Positions 39,026 through 50,527 are shown, counted from the stretch's first letter. The stretch: 64,000 nucleotides of DNA from Bacteroidota bacterium (GCA_004322215.1 SCSM01000036.1:41840-105839); one strand, 5' to 3'. Program-made: numbers and translations. Notes: generated by a model not told the origin, from the letters alone.

Positions 39026-40096
39026 CTAAGAAAAATATATATGAATAAGTTTTTAACATCCTATTCTATAAAAAATTGCGTATCAAAAAAATGATACTAT
39101 ATTTATATCTAACTGATTTTTTTCCCTGACAATTCTATTATTATGACCGATTTTTATCATTGGATATTATCCGGATATTAACCATCATATATTAAAAATC
39201 TAATGTAAATAATATTCATAAAATAAAAAAAGTATTTTTGTTTTTTTTATATTGTATATGTTTGTAAATAAATGACTTATGTAGAATATTATTAATTTTT
39301 CTAATTGAAATCCTCAAATTATGGAATGTGTAAGTTTAATATTTAGTAAATAATAAAGCTCAATGTGTGAGAAAATAAAATTATATCTAAAAATAATAAA
39401 CCTGCTACATAAAATTTAATTTTCTGATAAGTTCTCTTTTAAAATTGTAAAACATAATATTATGCTTTACCAAATTAAATATAAAAATAAAAATTTTTTT
39501 ACAGGTACATGAATTTTCATTTTAACTTCACTTTCCCTTTTTTAATTTAGATGATGCTTGAGAAATAGCAACTCTGTAAAAAAAACAATGAATATCAGTC
39601 CAATCTATTTCATCCTTATTCAGACAACTTGCGTCTTTGCAAAAAAAATTTTGCTTCCTACGAGGAATGGTTTGGGTAGGTTTAAAAAACAAAATCATCC
39701 ACATCACATTAATCACATAAATCCCCGTTCACATAATTTGTCTCTCTACATGAAACCTTAATTATTTTAATCTATCCTGTTTTATCTCTAACAATAGGAC
39801 AAAATCGGACAAATATTCCAAATTAGTAAATATTTAGCTCCTTAATAACCTATTTTATTCCCAATAACAATCCTAAAAATAAAAAAAAAGTGATGCATAT
39901 ATTGATAAAATGTGACACAAAAATTTCTTGCTTTTAATCATCTCAGAAATAATAAGTATATATAATTGGATATTTAAATATAAAAATCTATTGAAGAATG
40001 AAAATTAGAAATTGAAAATTGTAATTATAACTGATAGTCGAAAATTTAAAGGACTCTCTACAATTAACAACTAACTACTAATGATTTGCATATATT

Positions 40097-40131
40097 CCCA
40101 AACCCCCTCTGACGAAAGAGGGGGATTAGGG
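40097..40131. terminator. GC-rich hairpin downstream of the DUF4870 gene (terminator/REP-like)
   Basis: ccccctct-gacgaa-agaggggg; similar C-rich hairpins at 55719-55752 and 61911-61947. Confidence 0.55.
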
Positions 40132-40139
40132 TAGAAATG

Positions 40140-40517
40140 CTATTTCAAAATTGTAAATAGGTTTCCGATAACCGGTAGCGGCTTTGCTTCACCTTTCGAT
40201 GCAGTGATAATACCCATTATAATGCATACCAAAGCGAATATCCATACCGCAATCCATAAAAGGGAAAATACAATCCCAATAGTGAGAAAAAATCCCCAAG
40301 GTAAAATGGCTGTAATAATAGCCATAACAATCCAAAATGCAACGATGCAAATAGATAGAATTAATGCCTGGTTTGTATGATAACGGGCAAACTTCGACTG
40401 GTTTGCTGCAATAAGAGGCACGAGCCATATAATATAAGCAAGAATAGCCATCGTCTTATTCTGCTCGATGTCCTGAGGGTCGAAACCCTGCGCTGTTGTG
40501 GTTACTTCATCTGCCAT
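40140..40517 (-). CDS. DUF4870-type membrane protein
   Basis: NKTMAILAY, SKFARYHTNQAL, GIITASKGEAKPLPVIG. Confidence 0.85.
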   Translation of the reverse strand: MADEVTTTAQGFDPQDIEQNKTMAILAYIIWLVPLIAANQSKFARYHTNQALILSICIVAFWIVMAIITAILPWGFFLTIGIVFSLLWIAVWIFALVCIIMGIITASKGEAKPLPVIGNLFTILK

Positions 40518-40548
40518 ATTGAATCCCTTAATTTTGTTTAAAAAATAA

Positions 40549-41196
40549 TTACATTCCCGATAGTTTCTTTATATCAATTGAATTTGCTACGCTTTTCACT
40601 AAGTCGGTGCTTGTCTGGTTGCTTGCTTCGACAGTGAGGAAGAATCTCCAGGCAATGCCATAGTTTACTGTTGCTCTTTTACCTGTTTTATCGAGTACTT
40701 CATAGCCCGCTACGTTGTCATACCCGGTGTTGAAAGTCATTTCTTTCCTGTCTTTTGTTTCGCTCGAAAATCCCATCTGCCACAAAGCAGTCAAGCCGAT
40801 ATACATATCGTGTGCCTGGTTGTAATCTATCAAAACAATCTTTACATAATTCTGACTCCCGTCAGTTCCCTGAGCGGTATATTCCCTGCTTGCCTGTGAA
40901 TATGACATGGGCGGCATGTTATACGAAGTGCCTTCCGGCTCTTGGGGGGTATATCCGCTGATTGAACCCGGGAAGAACTTCTGAAGTTCCTGGTAAGGCA
41001 TTGCAAGTGTATCCCCGCGGCTAATCCTTTCGTTCTTCCTTGTTTCGGCAAGCTTTGATTCCTGTTCGATGTTCTTGCCGGCTTCGGCTATTTTTTCCAT
41101 AGATTTAAATGCTTCCTTCATTTCATTGGCTTTTTCACCGCAACTGTACAGGATAAATGCAAGAATGATAGTTATTAGTAATGGTAAACGTTTCAT
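40549..41196 (-). CDS. Lipoprotein, hypothetical
   Basis: RBS ggagg; lipobox LYSC. Confidence 0.8.
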   Translation of the reverse strand: MKRLPLLITIILAFILYSCGEKANEMKEAFKSMEKIAEAGKNIEQESKLAETRKNERISRGDTLAMPYQELQKFFPGSISGYTPQEPEGTSYNMPPMSYSQASREYTAQGTDGSQNYVKIVLIDYNQAHDMYIGLTALWQMGFSSETKDRKEMTFNTGYDNVAGYEVLDKTGKRATVNYGIAWRFFLTVEASNQTSTDLVKSVANSIDIKKLSGM

Positions 41197-41334
41197 GAAA
41201 CCTCCGAATAATTATTAATAATTCAAAATAATTTAAGATAAAAATTATATATGTACTCTATTATTTTACTCAGTATTGCTTAAAATTTAAAATGAATTTA
41301 TAAATAGTTCAATTAAATAAAAAATATATTTAAG

Positions 41335-42153
41335 CTATGGATTAAGTAATTCTTCCTTAATGAAATTGAAAGGTTCTCTCTTTTCAATTTCAAAACCAAA
41401 ATTCAGGTTAATTTTGAAGCTGTTGGGTTGGACTCCTGCAATTGTTCTTGATACTACAATACCATTGCTTATATCAGTCCATCTGCCTTTTGTACCCATA
41501 AAATTATATTCAAAATCGACCCCGATTACAATACTTCGATTTATTTCTTTATTTTCATTATAATATCTGTTAGTGATTAGGAAATCAAAACCGGCTCCGA
41601 TACCGAATGATAACGAGGCGGAAGAATACTCTTCCCAGCTTTCAAGTTCACCGAATGCATTATATTTTGTAAAAACCATATCATAATGTAAATAGGATAC
41701 ACTTGGAATAATTGCTTTGAGCCGGAAGTAGTCGGTTACCGGTATTTCAATACATGATTTTATATTAAAAATAATTGGTCTTAGGTTATATTCCCACATA
41801 CCGGGAAATATCGCATTTGGCGAGAAAAATATAGCAGCAGTCATTGATGTATGTCCGTACAACCAATTATTGATTTTTTCCCATCCTTCCAAATGTTCAG
41901 ATGTGTCAATAACAGGAATATATTTACCATATTTTAAACCAAAACCAAAAAGCGGTATATTTTCATTTATTCGTGAATAAGGATATTGAGATAAACTTGT
42001 GTTTAATTCTTTGAGATTCATCTTATTTGATATAAAATTCACATTAAAACCCCAATTATTTATATCCCAACCCTTCATCATTTTTTTTTCAGAACCTTCG
42101 GTTATATTTATCGAAAAAAGTAAAATTAAGATAATGACAATTTGTTTTATCAT
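41335..42153 (-). CDS. Hypothetical outer-membrane protein
   Basis: Signal peptide; amphipathic strands (SFGIGAGFDF, KINLNFGFE). Confidence 0.6.
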   Translation of the reverse strand: MIKQIVIILILLFSINITEGSEKKMMKGWDINNWGFNVNFISNKMNLKELNTSLSQYPYSRINENIPLFGFGLKYGKYIPVIDTSEHLEGWEKINNWLYGHTSMTAAIFFSPNAIFPGMWEYNLRPIIFNIKSCIEIPVTDYFRLKAIIPSVSYLHYDMVFTKYNAFGELESWEEYSSASLSFGIGAGFDFLITNRYYNENKEINRSIVIGVDFEYNFMGTKGRWTDISNGIVVSRTIAGVQPNSFKINLNFGFEIEKREPFNFIKEELLNP

Positions 42154-42318
42154 TAAATTCTCCTTAAGGATAAATGTTATTATTAAATTAACTAATCTTA
42201 TCTAAATCCAATAATTATTTGAAATATTCAAAAACATTTATATTTAATTAATTATTAACCCTGATTAATAATGAAAAGAAAAAAATCAAATAAGAAAATA
42301 TCAAATTAAACCCATTGA

Positions 42319-43212
42319 TTACTCAATAAGCGAAGTTAACAAAATTTCTTTAATTTCTGCAAATTTTTGTTTAGTGATTAATTTGCTTTTTTTTGCGGTT
42401 TCGAGTGTGGCAAGACTTAGGTAAATGTATGTATTGAGAAGGTTTGAATGGTTCCTGAGCGATTCGAGGTGTAATTTTATGGTTTCTATGTCTCCACGGG
42501 CAATCGGACCGGTGAGAGGAAACCGCAAAGTTTCAGACATTGATTTCAGGTTATTTCTAATTGTTGTATCAATAATATGGGGTAAAAATTCTTCCGGTTT
42601 CATTCCGGCAATCCTTTCCAATGTACCTGCACCCGAAATAACTGTACTTAGGAAATTGGAGGCAAAAACTGCTGACAAATGATGAAGGACTTTCGTATTT
42701 TTCTTCACGTTTTGTAATAAATAAGATTTCCCGCCGATTAGTTTAATGAATGACTTGAGAAATTCCGGTTTGTGTTTTGTTTCTATTGTCCAGCCGATAC
42801 CTTTCAGAATTGAGACATCAGGAAAGTAAAAAGTCTGGAATGGATGAATACAAGCTGTTTTCGCCCCGAACTTTTCGCAGGATGATAATATTGACAAAGG
42901 AAGGACACCGGAGCAATGCACTACCCAAACATCTTTTAATTTGTCTTTTAAAAAAATTGACAGATTTTTTGCAACATACTCGATATTAGAATCATTTACG
43001 GATAAAATGATTATATCAGGAACAGAAATTATTTCTGATATCTTATGATTAATACTTGTTTTCCTTTGGAATTTTTTAAATATTGAATCTGTTTGTATTT
43101 GTCCATTATCAGTTATCCAAAAAAGCTTAAATTTCTTAGATACTGCTTCTGCAAGCACAGAGCCAAGCTTTCCGTAGCCAATGATACCTATTGTAATTTT
43201 TTTCATTTTCAT
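42319..43212 (-). CDS. Rossmann-like/DUF2520 oxidoreductase (PanG-like)
   Basis: IIGYGKLG, HCSG, HPFQTF, HLSAVFASNF, TGPIARGD..TI..HL. Confidence 0.88.
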   Translation of the reverse strand: MKMKKITIGIIGYGKLGSVLAEAVSKKFKLFWITDNGQIQTDSIFKKFQRKTSINHKISEIISVPDIIILSVNDSNIEYVAKNLSIFLKDKLKDVWVVHCSGVLPLSILSSCEKFGAKTACIHPFQTFYFPDVSILKGIGWTIETKHKPEFLKSFIKLIGGKSYLLQNVKKNTKVLHHLSAVFASNFLSTVISGAGTLERIAGMKPEEFLPHIIDTTIRNNLKSMSETLRFPLTGPIARGDIETIKLHLESLRNHSNLLNTYIYLSLATLETAKKSKLITKQKFAEIKEILLTSLIE

Positions 43213-43216
43213 TTTT

Positions 43217-43303
43217 TGCCATGCTGAACTCGGTTCAGCATCTATAAGTTTTGATTCATGTATTGATTAACTAAATGGATTCTGAACCGGGTTCAGAATG
43301 ACA
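43217..43303. repeat. TGTC-tagged REP-like inverted doublet
   Basis: tgccatgctgaactcggttcagcatct ... ggattctgaaccgggttcagaatgaca fills the cysS-DUF2520 gap. Confidence 0.8.
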
Positions 43304-43305
43304 TA

Positions 43306-44766
43306 TCATTTTTGTTCAATCGTATATCCTTCTTTTGTATCCTTAATCGTATATCCGGCTTCGATTATTTTTTGCCTTAAAACATCTGCTTCTACATAAT
43401 TCCTGTCTTTTTTTGCCTGAAGTCTCTGCTCAGCCATATCAATTATTTCAGATGGGATAATGAGTTCTTCAATAGGTTTCGACTCAATTTTCCAGACATC
43501 GAAAATATTATTCAAGTCTGTGAAAAATTCCAGTGCTTTTCTTCTTGCTTCATCATTCAATTTATTTGCAGGATTGTCATTGATGAATGTGAATACAAAC
43601 GCAAGTGCCTTCGGTGTATGTAAATCGGTAGCAAGTGCCGAATATGTTTCATCAATAATTGATGCAATCATATCGGAACTAATGTTTCCTGTAACAGAAT
43701 TATCGTGCAAATCATATATATAATCCTGGATTCTGAATCTGGCTTTGCGTGCAGATTTAATCCCCTCGAAAGTGAAATTGTATGTCGAACCGTAATGAGC
43801 CGAAAGCATTGCAAACCTGATGTCGAGCGGGTCAATGGCTCTATTCATTAAATCACGAAGTGTGAAATAATTCCCCAAAGATTTGCTCATTTTCTGTCCT
43901 TCTACTTCCAGGAATTCATTATGACACCAGAATGCAGTCGGTTCCACACCATATCCTGCTTTACTCTGAGCAATTTCATCTTCGTGATGAGGAAATTTCA
44001 AATCAACCCCGCCTGTGTGTATATCGAATGGCAAACCGAGAAGCTCTTTTTCCATTGCGGAACATTCGATGTGCCACCCGGGACGACCGTCACATATTAC
44101 ACCGTCGATCTCAAACTCCCAATATGGTTCACCCGGCTTCTTGAATTTCCAGAGTACGAAATCGTTTGCATCTTCTCTTTCGTATTGGTCAGCATCAATT
44201 CGGACACCGGCACGGAAATTTTCGAAATCAATTTTGTAAAGCTTTCCGTATTTATCTTTTTTTCGCCATTCATTCACATTGAAATAAACAGAGCCCTCGG
44301 AAATGTAAGCTATTTCGTTTTTAATAATCTTTCGGATCAGTTCCTGCATTTGAGGGATGAATTCAGTAGCTTTTGGCATTGCTGAAAAATGTTCCAACCG
44401 GATTCCCAACTTTGATATATCCTCTAGAAAACTCTTTTCGAAATACCGGGTGAATTTAAGGAGATTATCCATAAGATTATCTGTCTGGTTACCCATTTCA
44501 GAATTCCATACAGAACTTCCCGGGGCGCTGTCTCGTATTGTTTTGTCGTCAATGTTGGTAATGTTCATCACCCATTTGACATCAAATTCACCGATAGTTT
44601 TGAGAACACGCTGAAGCAAATCTGCAAAAAGAAATGCACGCATATTACCAATATGGGCATAGTTGTAAACCGTCGGACCGCAGGAATACATTCGTACTAT
44701 ATTTCCTTTGAGCGGCTTGAATGGCTCTATTGTTTTTGTTAATGAATTATATAAATATATCTGCAT
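43306..44766 (-). CDS. cysS: Cysteine--tRNA ligase
   Basis: CGPTVY..AHIGN, NITNIDDK, GRPGWHIECSAM, HTGGVDLKFPHHEDE, KMSKS; start placed at ATG 44766. Confidence 0.97.
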   Translation of the reverse strand: MQIYLYNSLTKTIEPFKPLKGNIVRMYSCGPTVYNYAHIGNMRAFLFADLLQRVLKTIGEFDVKWVMNITNIDDKTIRDSAPGSSVWNSEMGNQTDNLMDNLLKFTRYFEKSFLEDISKLGIRLEHFSAMPKATEFIPQMQELIRKIIKNEIAYISEGSVYFNVNEWRKKDKYGKLYKIDFENFRAGVRIDADQYEREDANDFVLWKFKKPGEPYWEFEIDGVICDGRPGWHIECSAMEKELLGLPFDIHTGGVDLKFPHHEDEIAQSKAGYGVEPTAFWCHNEFLEVEGQKMSKSLGNYFTLRDLMNRAIDPLDIRFAMLSAHYGSTYNFTFEGIKSARKARFRIQDYIYDLHDNSVTGNISSDMIASIIDETYSALATDLHTPKALAFVFTFINDNPANKLNDEARRKALEFFTDLNNIFDVWKIESKPIEELIIPSEIIDMAEQRLQAKKDRNYVEADVLRQKIIEAGYTIKDTKEGYTIEQK

Positions 44767-44877
44767 CAATTTTTCAATTATTTCAAAATCCAAATTTAAA
44801 ACTTTATTAATGATTAATTGATGTAATTATTGTAATACAAGTTCAAATTTAAAGAAATAGTTTATCAGATTGATATA

Positions 44878-45243
44878 TCATCGAATCCCCACCAGATGTG
44901 ACTCACACTCCCTGCAATCGGATGAGCCAAAGCCCTTAACAGGTATGAATGCACCTTTTTTTCTCGTCATTTTCTGATTGTAATAACATTCCTTTCTTTC
45001 AGTTGAAGGATATTTTCTGACTTTTATTATTTCTGTAGATTTTGATGTGAGAAGATAATCAATGTGCCAGTGGATTTTTTTGACTTTTGATTTGTGCCTG
45101 GCTATTCTTTGCTCCAGGTTTTTCATAGCACTTCCAGTGTAATTATATAGCCCTTTTGGAAAAAAGCAGACACCAAGTGAACCGACTTTGATTTTCAAAT
45201 CTTTTTTCACGTGAATATATAATTGATAAGTACCCGAGTTCAT
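44878..45243 (-). CDS. DUF123-type GIY-YIG nuclease family protein
   Basis: GTYQL, GLYNYTGSA, RIARH, HWHIDYL, GFGSSDC..C.SHL. Confidence 0.85.
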   Translation of the reverse strand: MNSGTYQLYIHVKKDLKIKVGSLGVCFFPKGLYNYTGSAMKNLEQRIARHKSKVKKIHWHIDYLLTSKSTEIIKVRKYPSTERKECYYNQKMTRKKGAFIPVKGFGSSDCRECESHLVGIR

Positions 45244-46013
45244 TGCTTTTTCCTTATTCTATACCGTTTAACTAAACAATCGAAAATCGGAGCGGGAGCA
45301 ATTTTACCGAGAAAAGTACTAAAAACAATTGGCATTGGAAATTTGATTGACGATTTATTCTTTTCAATTCCATCAACTATTATTATTGCAGCTTTATCGG
45401 CTTCCATCAGCATAGGCATATAAAATTCATTTTTTTCTGTGATGCTTGATTTAACAAATCCGGGCTTTACAGTTATAACTTGAATGCCAAATTGCTTTAA
45501 CTCGATTCTTGCAGATTCAAGAAAGTTACTCAATGCAGCTTTGCTGGAATTGTAAGCAGACACACCGGGAACTCCCCTGAAATCGGCAAGTGAGCCGATA
45601 CCGACAATTTTTCCATTTCCCTGCTTTTTCATAATAGGTAGAATTGTATTAAATCCGTTAACAATCCCAAAGAAATTAACTTCAAATAATTGTCTGAATT
45701 TTTCAATGTCCATACCATCAATATTTTGACTGCCGCTTATCCCGGCATTCAGAATTGCGATATCAATTCCACCTAATGTGTTCACCGCAAATTCAACTGC
45801 TGAATTCATATATTCCCAGCCCGTTACATCGCATACCTTGACGAATCCTCTTCCACCCTTTCTTTCAAGCATTTGTTTCGTAACATTCAATTGCTCTTCA
45901 TTTCGCGCTAGGAGTATAACATCGGCTCCTCTTCTGCCATATTCAATTGCCAGTGCTCTTCCGATACCGCTCGAAGCACCTGATATTAATATTTTTTTTG
46001 TATCACTATTCAT
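45240..46013 (-). CDS. Short-chain dehydrogenase/reductase
   Basis: SGASSGIG, NAG, YNSSK (YxxxK), PGFV. Confidence 0.92.
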   Translation of the reverse strand: MNSDTKKILISGASSGIGRALAIEYGRRGADVILLARNEEQLNVTKQMLERKGGRGFVKVCDVTGWEYMNSAVEFAVNTLGGIDIAILNAGISGSQNIDGMDIEKFRQLFEVNFFGIVNGFNTILPIMKKQGNGKIVGIGSLADFRGVPGVSAYNSSKAALSNFLESARIELKQFGIQVITVKPGFVKSSITEKNEFYMPMLMEADKAAIIIVDGIEKNKSSIKFPMPIVFSTFLGKIAPAPIFDCLVKRYRIRKKQ

Positions 46014-46104
46014 TTGTCTAACACAAGTATAAAATTTTCAATTTCTAATTTTCAATTTTCAATAAATTTTTAATGTACAAATGTTTATATATAATCACAA
46101 ATTT

Positions 46105-46237
46105 GAATAGCCACGACTTTTAAGTCGTGGAGTTGTAAAACCACCACAAACCGGGATTTATCCTATTTAAATAAGTGACTAAAGTCTTTTGGGTTGGTCT
46201 TGAGAACCATCCCACTATTTGAAAATAGTTGCTATTC
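46105..46237. repeat. Degenerate multi-hairpin REP/MITE-like element
   Basis: Terminal IR gaatagc...gctattc; internal palindromes ccacgacttttaagtcgtgg and actatttgaaaatagt. Confidence 0.6.
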
Positions 46238-46248
46238 ATTATAAATAT

Positions 46249-47136
46249 TTACTTCAGTGCATTAATTAAGACATTCATGTTGTAAAAGAGCAAATCGAAA
46301 TAATTGTTCCTGCCTGCTACTCCACCGTTAGGGTCAAGCTGAGCGAGCTTGATTCCGAGCGATTCTGCTATGACTTTCGCAGGACCGGGATTAAGCTGCG
46401 GCTCAGTGAAAATCGCCTTTGCGCCCGAATTTCTTATTTTACTTAATAATTCACTTGTGTGTCTTGCTGATGGTTCGATCCCCGGGTCAATTTCAATTGC
46501 ACCACCATAATTCAAACCATACCTTTTGATGAAATACCTGAATGAAGGATGAAAAAGAAACACAGAATTTCCTCTTATTTGTACTGTTCTCGCCTGAATT
46601 TGTAGATTCAATAAATCGAGCTGCGATGTGAATACTTTCGCATTATCCCTGTATTTTTTTTCATTGGATTTATCGAGCTGAATGAGAATTTCGGTTAATT
46701 TTACGACGATGGCTTTAACTGCGAGAGGGTCAGTCCAAAAGTGTGGGTCAATAATATCTGCACCTGCATCGTGAATCTCATTACCATGGCTGTGCGGCTC
46801 AGCAAAATTCATTAAATTATCTGGTGGAATCAAATCAATTAATTTAACAATTTTTTTACAGTTCATTTTTGATGCCCATCCATCCAATTCTTCAGAAACA
46901 TAAAACAATGCTTTTGAATTCTGAACTTTTCTTATATCTGACGGATTAGGTGCGAATGTATGCGGTGATGCCCCCGGCGGAACAATCGCTGTAACATCAG
47001 CAATATTCCTTGTCAGCTCATCCAGAATGAATTTTACAGGATAACCGGTCACAACATAAAAAGGTTTTTCTGCTACTGCAGAATTAAACTCCACCCAGAA
47101 TAAAAGTAATAAAAACAAAGAAAAAGTTTTTTTCAT
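46249..47136 (-). CDS. Zn/Mn ABC transporter substrate-binding protein (ZnuA/TroA family)
   Basis: PPGASPHTF.P.P, His-rich loop HSHGNEIH, DPHFWTDP, FHPSFRYF, IFTEPQ, LDP. Confidence 0.9.
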   Translation of the reverse strand: MKKTFSLFLLLLFWVEFNSAVAEKPFYVVTGYPVKFILDELTRNIADVTAIVPPGASPHTFAPNPSDIRKVQNSKALFYVSEELDGWASKMNCKKIVKLIDLIPPDNLMNFAEPHSHGNEIHDAGADIIDPHFWTDPLAVKAIVVKLTEILIQLDKSNEKKYRDNAKVFTSQLDLLNLQIQARTVQIRGNSVFLFHPSFRYFIKRYGLNYGGAIEIDPGIEPSARHTSELLSKIRNSGAKAIFTEPQLNPGPAKVIAESLGIKLAQLDPNGGVAGRNNYFDLLFYNMNVLINALK

Positions 47137-47382
47137 ATATAAATATAAATTGTAAAAAATTTTTATGCAATTACGTAAAACAAAACCATTAATTTTGGTA
47201 TAATTTGTGCAGTTATCATTTTGGTTATTCCGGGTAAAATGCAGAATCTATTATGGTGAGCGTCTTTGTTTATTTTAAATTCTTTACTTCACCCGGGATT
47301 ACTTAAGAGGTAAATCCTGATTGAGAAAAAGGTTAAATATTTGTGAAAAATTGATTAATTTATAAATTATTGAAATTCCTAT

Positions 47383-50328
47383 ATGGTTTCGCTCGTTAGA
47401 ATTATGATAACATATAGAAAAATGTTAACGAATAGTTTGATGTTAGTTATGTCATTCATAGCTTCATCATTAGTTTTATTTGCTCAAATAGAGTATGCAA
47501 GCCCTTCGAACTGGCTTTTCCCTGATGGGAATCCCGAAGCTACGCATAATCAGAAAATCGTTTCACAGCCCCAGCCATTGAATTATTTTGCAATTAAGTG
47601 GTCAACTTCAGCCATCGCAGGTGATGTTCAGCCATTAATCGGAAACATTATTAACAATCCGAAGTTATATTCAATATATAATTATGCTCCCAATGAAATT
47701 TGTGCTGTTATTGGAGACAAAATCGTTTTAGTAGATGCGACAGGGAAAAAAGTTGAGCAGGAACTTCCGAAAACCACTTCAGGTATAAAATCAATATCCG
47801 TACTGTTCGATTCGACTGATATGTATTTAAATTCGAGACCCGGCAGCTTAATGATTATGGGTCTCGAAACGATGGAAGTTGAAAACCTGAAAGACAGTCT
47901 TGCTTATTCTTATCTTGCCGGATATGACCCGGTTTTGAGGCAATTCAAAATATTAAATCGTCTTGCTATTGATTTGCGTCCTTTCAATCCTAATATTTTT
48001 GCAAGCATTAAACCGGTATTCGCAAAGAAGACGAATAACGAGGTTTCGATATACTCTGTTGTCAATATGAGTAATCCGAACATTAGCGGCTCATTTTTTC
48101 GCGGGATTGTGCAGTTCAATACAGGTAACCTGATTCAGGCATTTCCATTTCCCGATGTTGGTGATATTAATATTTCGAGAGTATTCCTTGGACCGGAGTG
48201 TCATTTGGGACAACCCTCGCTATCAACATACAACTGGTCATTGAATATGTTATTACCGGTTTTTCCAACGATTAATATTATTGATACAGTGCAAAGTACA
48301 GTGCTTGGCACTTCGACTGAAACCGATAAACCATATCTTGTCGGATTGAATCTGACCGACACTATTGTTTATCCCGGTATCGGAGCACTTTCTCTGAATG
48401 GAATAATTCCTGCGGCAAGTTCCAGACCATTTATCAAACCGTATTATATTAATATATATGACCAAAATAATTTTTCAGATAGTATTTTCATATTAATTGC
48501 AGAGCAATACAACGGAATAGACAGTTCAAGGGGGCAGGCGAGAATACATTTGCTCAACACACAAGGGAATTTTCTGACATTGCCACAGGAATTGAATCCT
48601 GTTGACAATCCTTCGTTCAACGGCACAGACAATCATTACTGGTCAATTTCAGTCGGTAATGTTGACGGTTTAATAACTAATTCCTGGTTCCCATATTACC
48701 CGAATAATTTCGGGAATGAGCTTGTCGTAACGCAGAGTTCGAGGGATTTCGCAGTAGCACAAAACCGGCTTTCTATATTGAGGTACAGCAGTGGTGCAAG
48801 ACAATTGAAGCCCTCACCACCAAATTCTTATTTGTATCAATTTGATACTTTGTGTTCACAAAGAATAAACGGCTGGGTTGCTGCTGTCAATGATTTGGAC
48901 GGTGCGGCAGACAGGAAAGATGAAATCGTACTCGTTGACGGTTCTACTCTCAGAGTTATGAGAATGAGGGATTATGCAGATTTGCAATTCCGTGCCGGCA
49001 ACCCGTTTGATACAGTATTTACTTATACTTTTACAGGGCAGACGATTTCGAATGTAGCCATTGCGGATTTGGAGGGCGACGGTCTTAATGATTTGATTGT
49101 TACCACGTTCGACAGCACTTATGTTTTCGGAACTATACTCGCAAATGCTATTGATGTAGTTGCTCCGCTTACAACAAATACATATTGTGCGGGAGATATG
49201 GTTGAAATCAGGTGGGCAAATATCGTTAAAGACAGAAACGGCGTTGACATAATGTACAAGCCGCTTCCGGGATATTTTCCGAATGATACTACTATAACAA
49301 TCAGAAAATCATATCCGAATACCGGTGATACAGTTTCATATTTTTATATTGTTGACAGCTTAACGCTTGGCACCCAGGGTTATTTCATTGTGATGAATGA
49401 ATTTCAGAAACATGTGAAAGACAGCACTTCAGTACAAATTTTCAACAAACCACATTTGGACAGTGTACAATTCAATAAATGGATTTTTGAACCGGGCGAA
49501 ACATTAACAGCAAACGGTGTAGCTCTATGCGTTGATTCAGTAGCGATTGAATATAAATACCGAACAGATTCTGTATGGACCAGGATGGACATAATCATTG
49601 CCGGAAATAATCAGAATTTCAGTATAGATGCGGTAATTCCCTGTGTCAATTTCTTCCGATGCGATAGTGCAGATGCAGACAGTTTGCTCGATATTCAGCT
49701 TTTGGGAATTAAAGGAATTTATTCGGATACATCATTAAGCACTACAATCAGGATTAATCCTGTGAGATTCCCGGTTGTCATAGACACATGCACTTCAGTT
49801 TGCAAGGTTAGATATTTTTCATGGAATCCGGCAAATTTCCAGTATACATGCGACAGCATGGGAATATATGTTTCATATAATTGTACGGGAACTTTTGAGC
49901 TATTGACAAATGTTGCATTGTCTGATGGACAATATGAATGGGAATTACCATTGAGTTTACCCAATTGTGTAACGGTACGATTCTGCTGTATTAATTCCTG
50001 TATCCGACTCGATACAAATTTGCAAAATAACCAGGTGCAATACATTAATATAGTTGCTCCGAATCCTTTTAATCCGACAAGAGAAACTGCGGACATTGTA
50101 TATAAAGTTCCTTCGGAAACAAATGTTACTGTCCGTATAATTGACCAGAACAACCGGCTGGTATCAGAACTTGCCAACAGCAAACCATGCCTGCCGAATA
50201 TTTCATATTGCGAAAAATGGTCGGGAATAATATGGAACGGGGCTTATGCAGAGAACGGAATGTATTATGTTGTACTCGAAATGTCAAACGGTATAAAAGA
50301 AGTACATCCAATATTTGTTAGGAAATAA
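47383..50328 (+). CDS. Large secreted protein with FG-GAP-like Ca-binding loops and C-terminal T9SS/FlgD-like domain
   Basis: Signal peptide; DLDGAADRKDEIV and ADLEGDGLNDLIV; Cys-rich Ig-like region; APNPFNP...WSG...NGMYY...VRK. True start may be downstream. Confidence 0.75.
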   Translation: MVSLVRIMITYRKMLTNSLMLVMSFIASSLVLFAQIEYASPSNWLFPDGNPEATHNQKIVSQPQPLNYFAIKWSTSAIAGDVQPLIGNIINNPKLYSIYNYAPNEICAVIGDKIVLVDATGKKVEQELPKTTSGIKSISVLFDSTDMYLNSRPGSLMIMGLETMEVENLKDSLAYSYLAGYDPVLRQFKILNRLAIDLRPFNPNIFASIKPVFAKKTNNEVSIYSVVNMSNPNISGSFFRGIVQFNTGNLIQAFPFPDVGDINISRVFLGPECHLGQPSLSTYNWSLNMLLPVFPTINIIDTVQSTVLGTSTETDKPYLVGLNLTDTIVYPGIGALSLNGIIPAASSRPFIKPYYINIYDQNNFSDSIFILIAEQYNGIDSSRGQARIHLLNTQGNFLTLPQELNPVDNPSFNGTDNHYWSISVGNVDGLITNSWFPYYPNNFGNELVVTQSSRDFAVAQNRLSILRYSSGARQLKPSPPNSYLYQFDTLCSQRINGWVAAVNDLDGAADRKDEIVLVDGSTLRVMRMRDYADLQFRAGNPFDTVFTYTFTGQTISNVAIADLEGDGLNDLIVTTFDSTYVFGTILANAIDVVAPLTTNTYCAGDMVEIRWANIVKDRNGVDIMYKPLPGYFPNDTTITIRKSYPNTGDTVSYFYIVDSLTLGTQGYFIVMNEFQKHVKDSTSVQIFNKPHLDSVQFNKWIFEPGETLTANGVALCVDSVAIEYKYRTDSVWTRMDIIIAGNNQNFSIDAVIPCVNFFRCDSADADSLLDIQLLGIKGIYSDTSLSTTIRINPVRFPVVIDTCTSVCKVRYFSWNPANFQYTCDSMGIYVSYNCTGTFELLTNVALSDGQYEWELPLSLPNCVTVRFCCINSCIRLDTNLQNNQVQYINIVAPNPFNPTRETADIVYKVPSETNVTVRIIDQNNRLVSELANSKPCLPNISYCEKWSGIIWNGAYAENGMYYVVLEMSNGIKEVHPIFVRK

Positions 50329-50527
50329 ACGTTATCGGAATTGTAATTAAGGTATTTCTTTGTTTTTTTTGTTGTACAATTAATTTTTTAATTTCAATTT
50401 AGAATACTAAAAATAAAAATAAATATAAATATTAAATTGAAAATTATTCAAAGTAATTTACAAAATTAAACAAAAGAACTAAATTCAACTTTGAACATTA
50501 TGTTAAAAAAAATAGTAGAAAAAAATC

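Noticed and set aside
39600-39665. c-di-GMP-I riboswitch (GCAAA...GACGCAA on the minus strand)
   Set aside because: No GNRA-capped P2 stem or convincing P3; only fragments of the consensus
44878-45243. GIY-YIG gene as homing endonuclease or REP mobiliser
   Set aside because: DUF123-type motifs, coupled to the SDR gene, no intron context or directly flanking repeats
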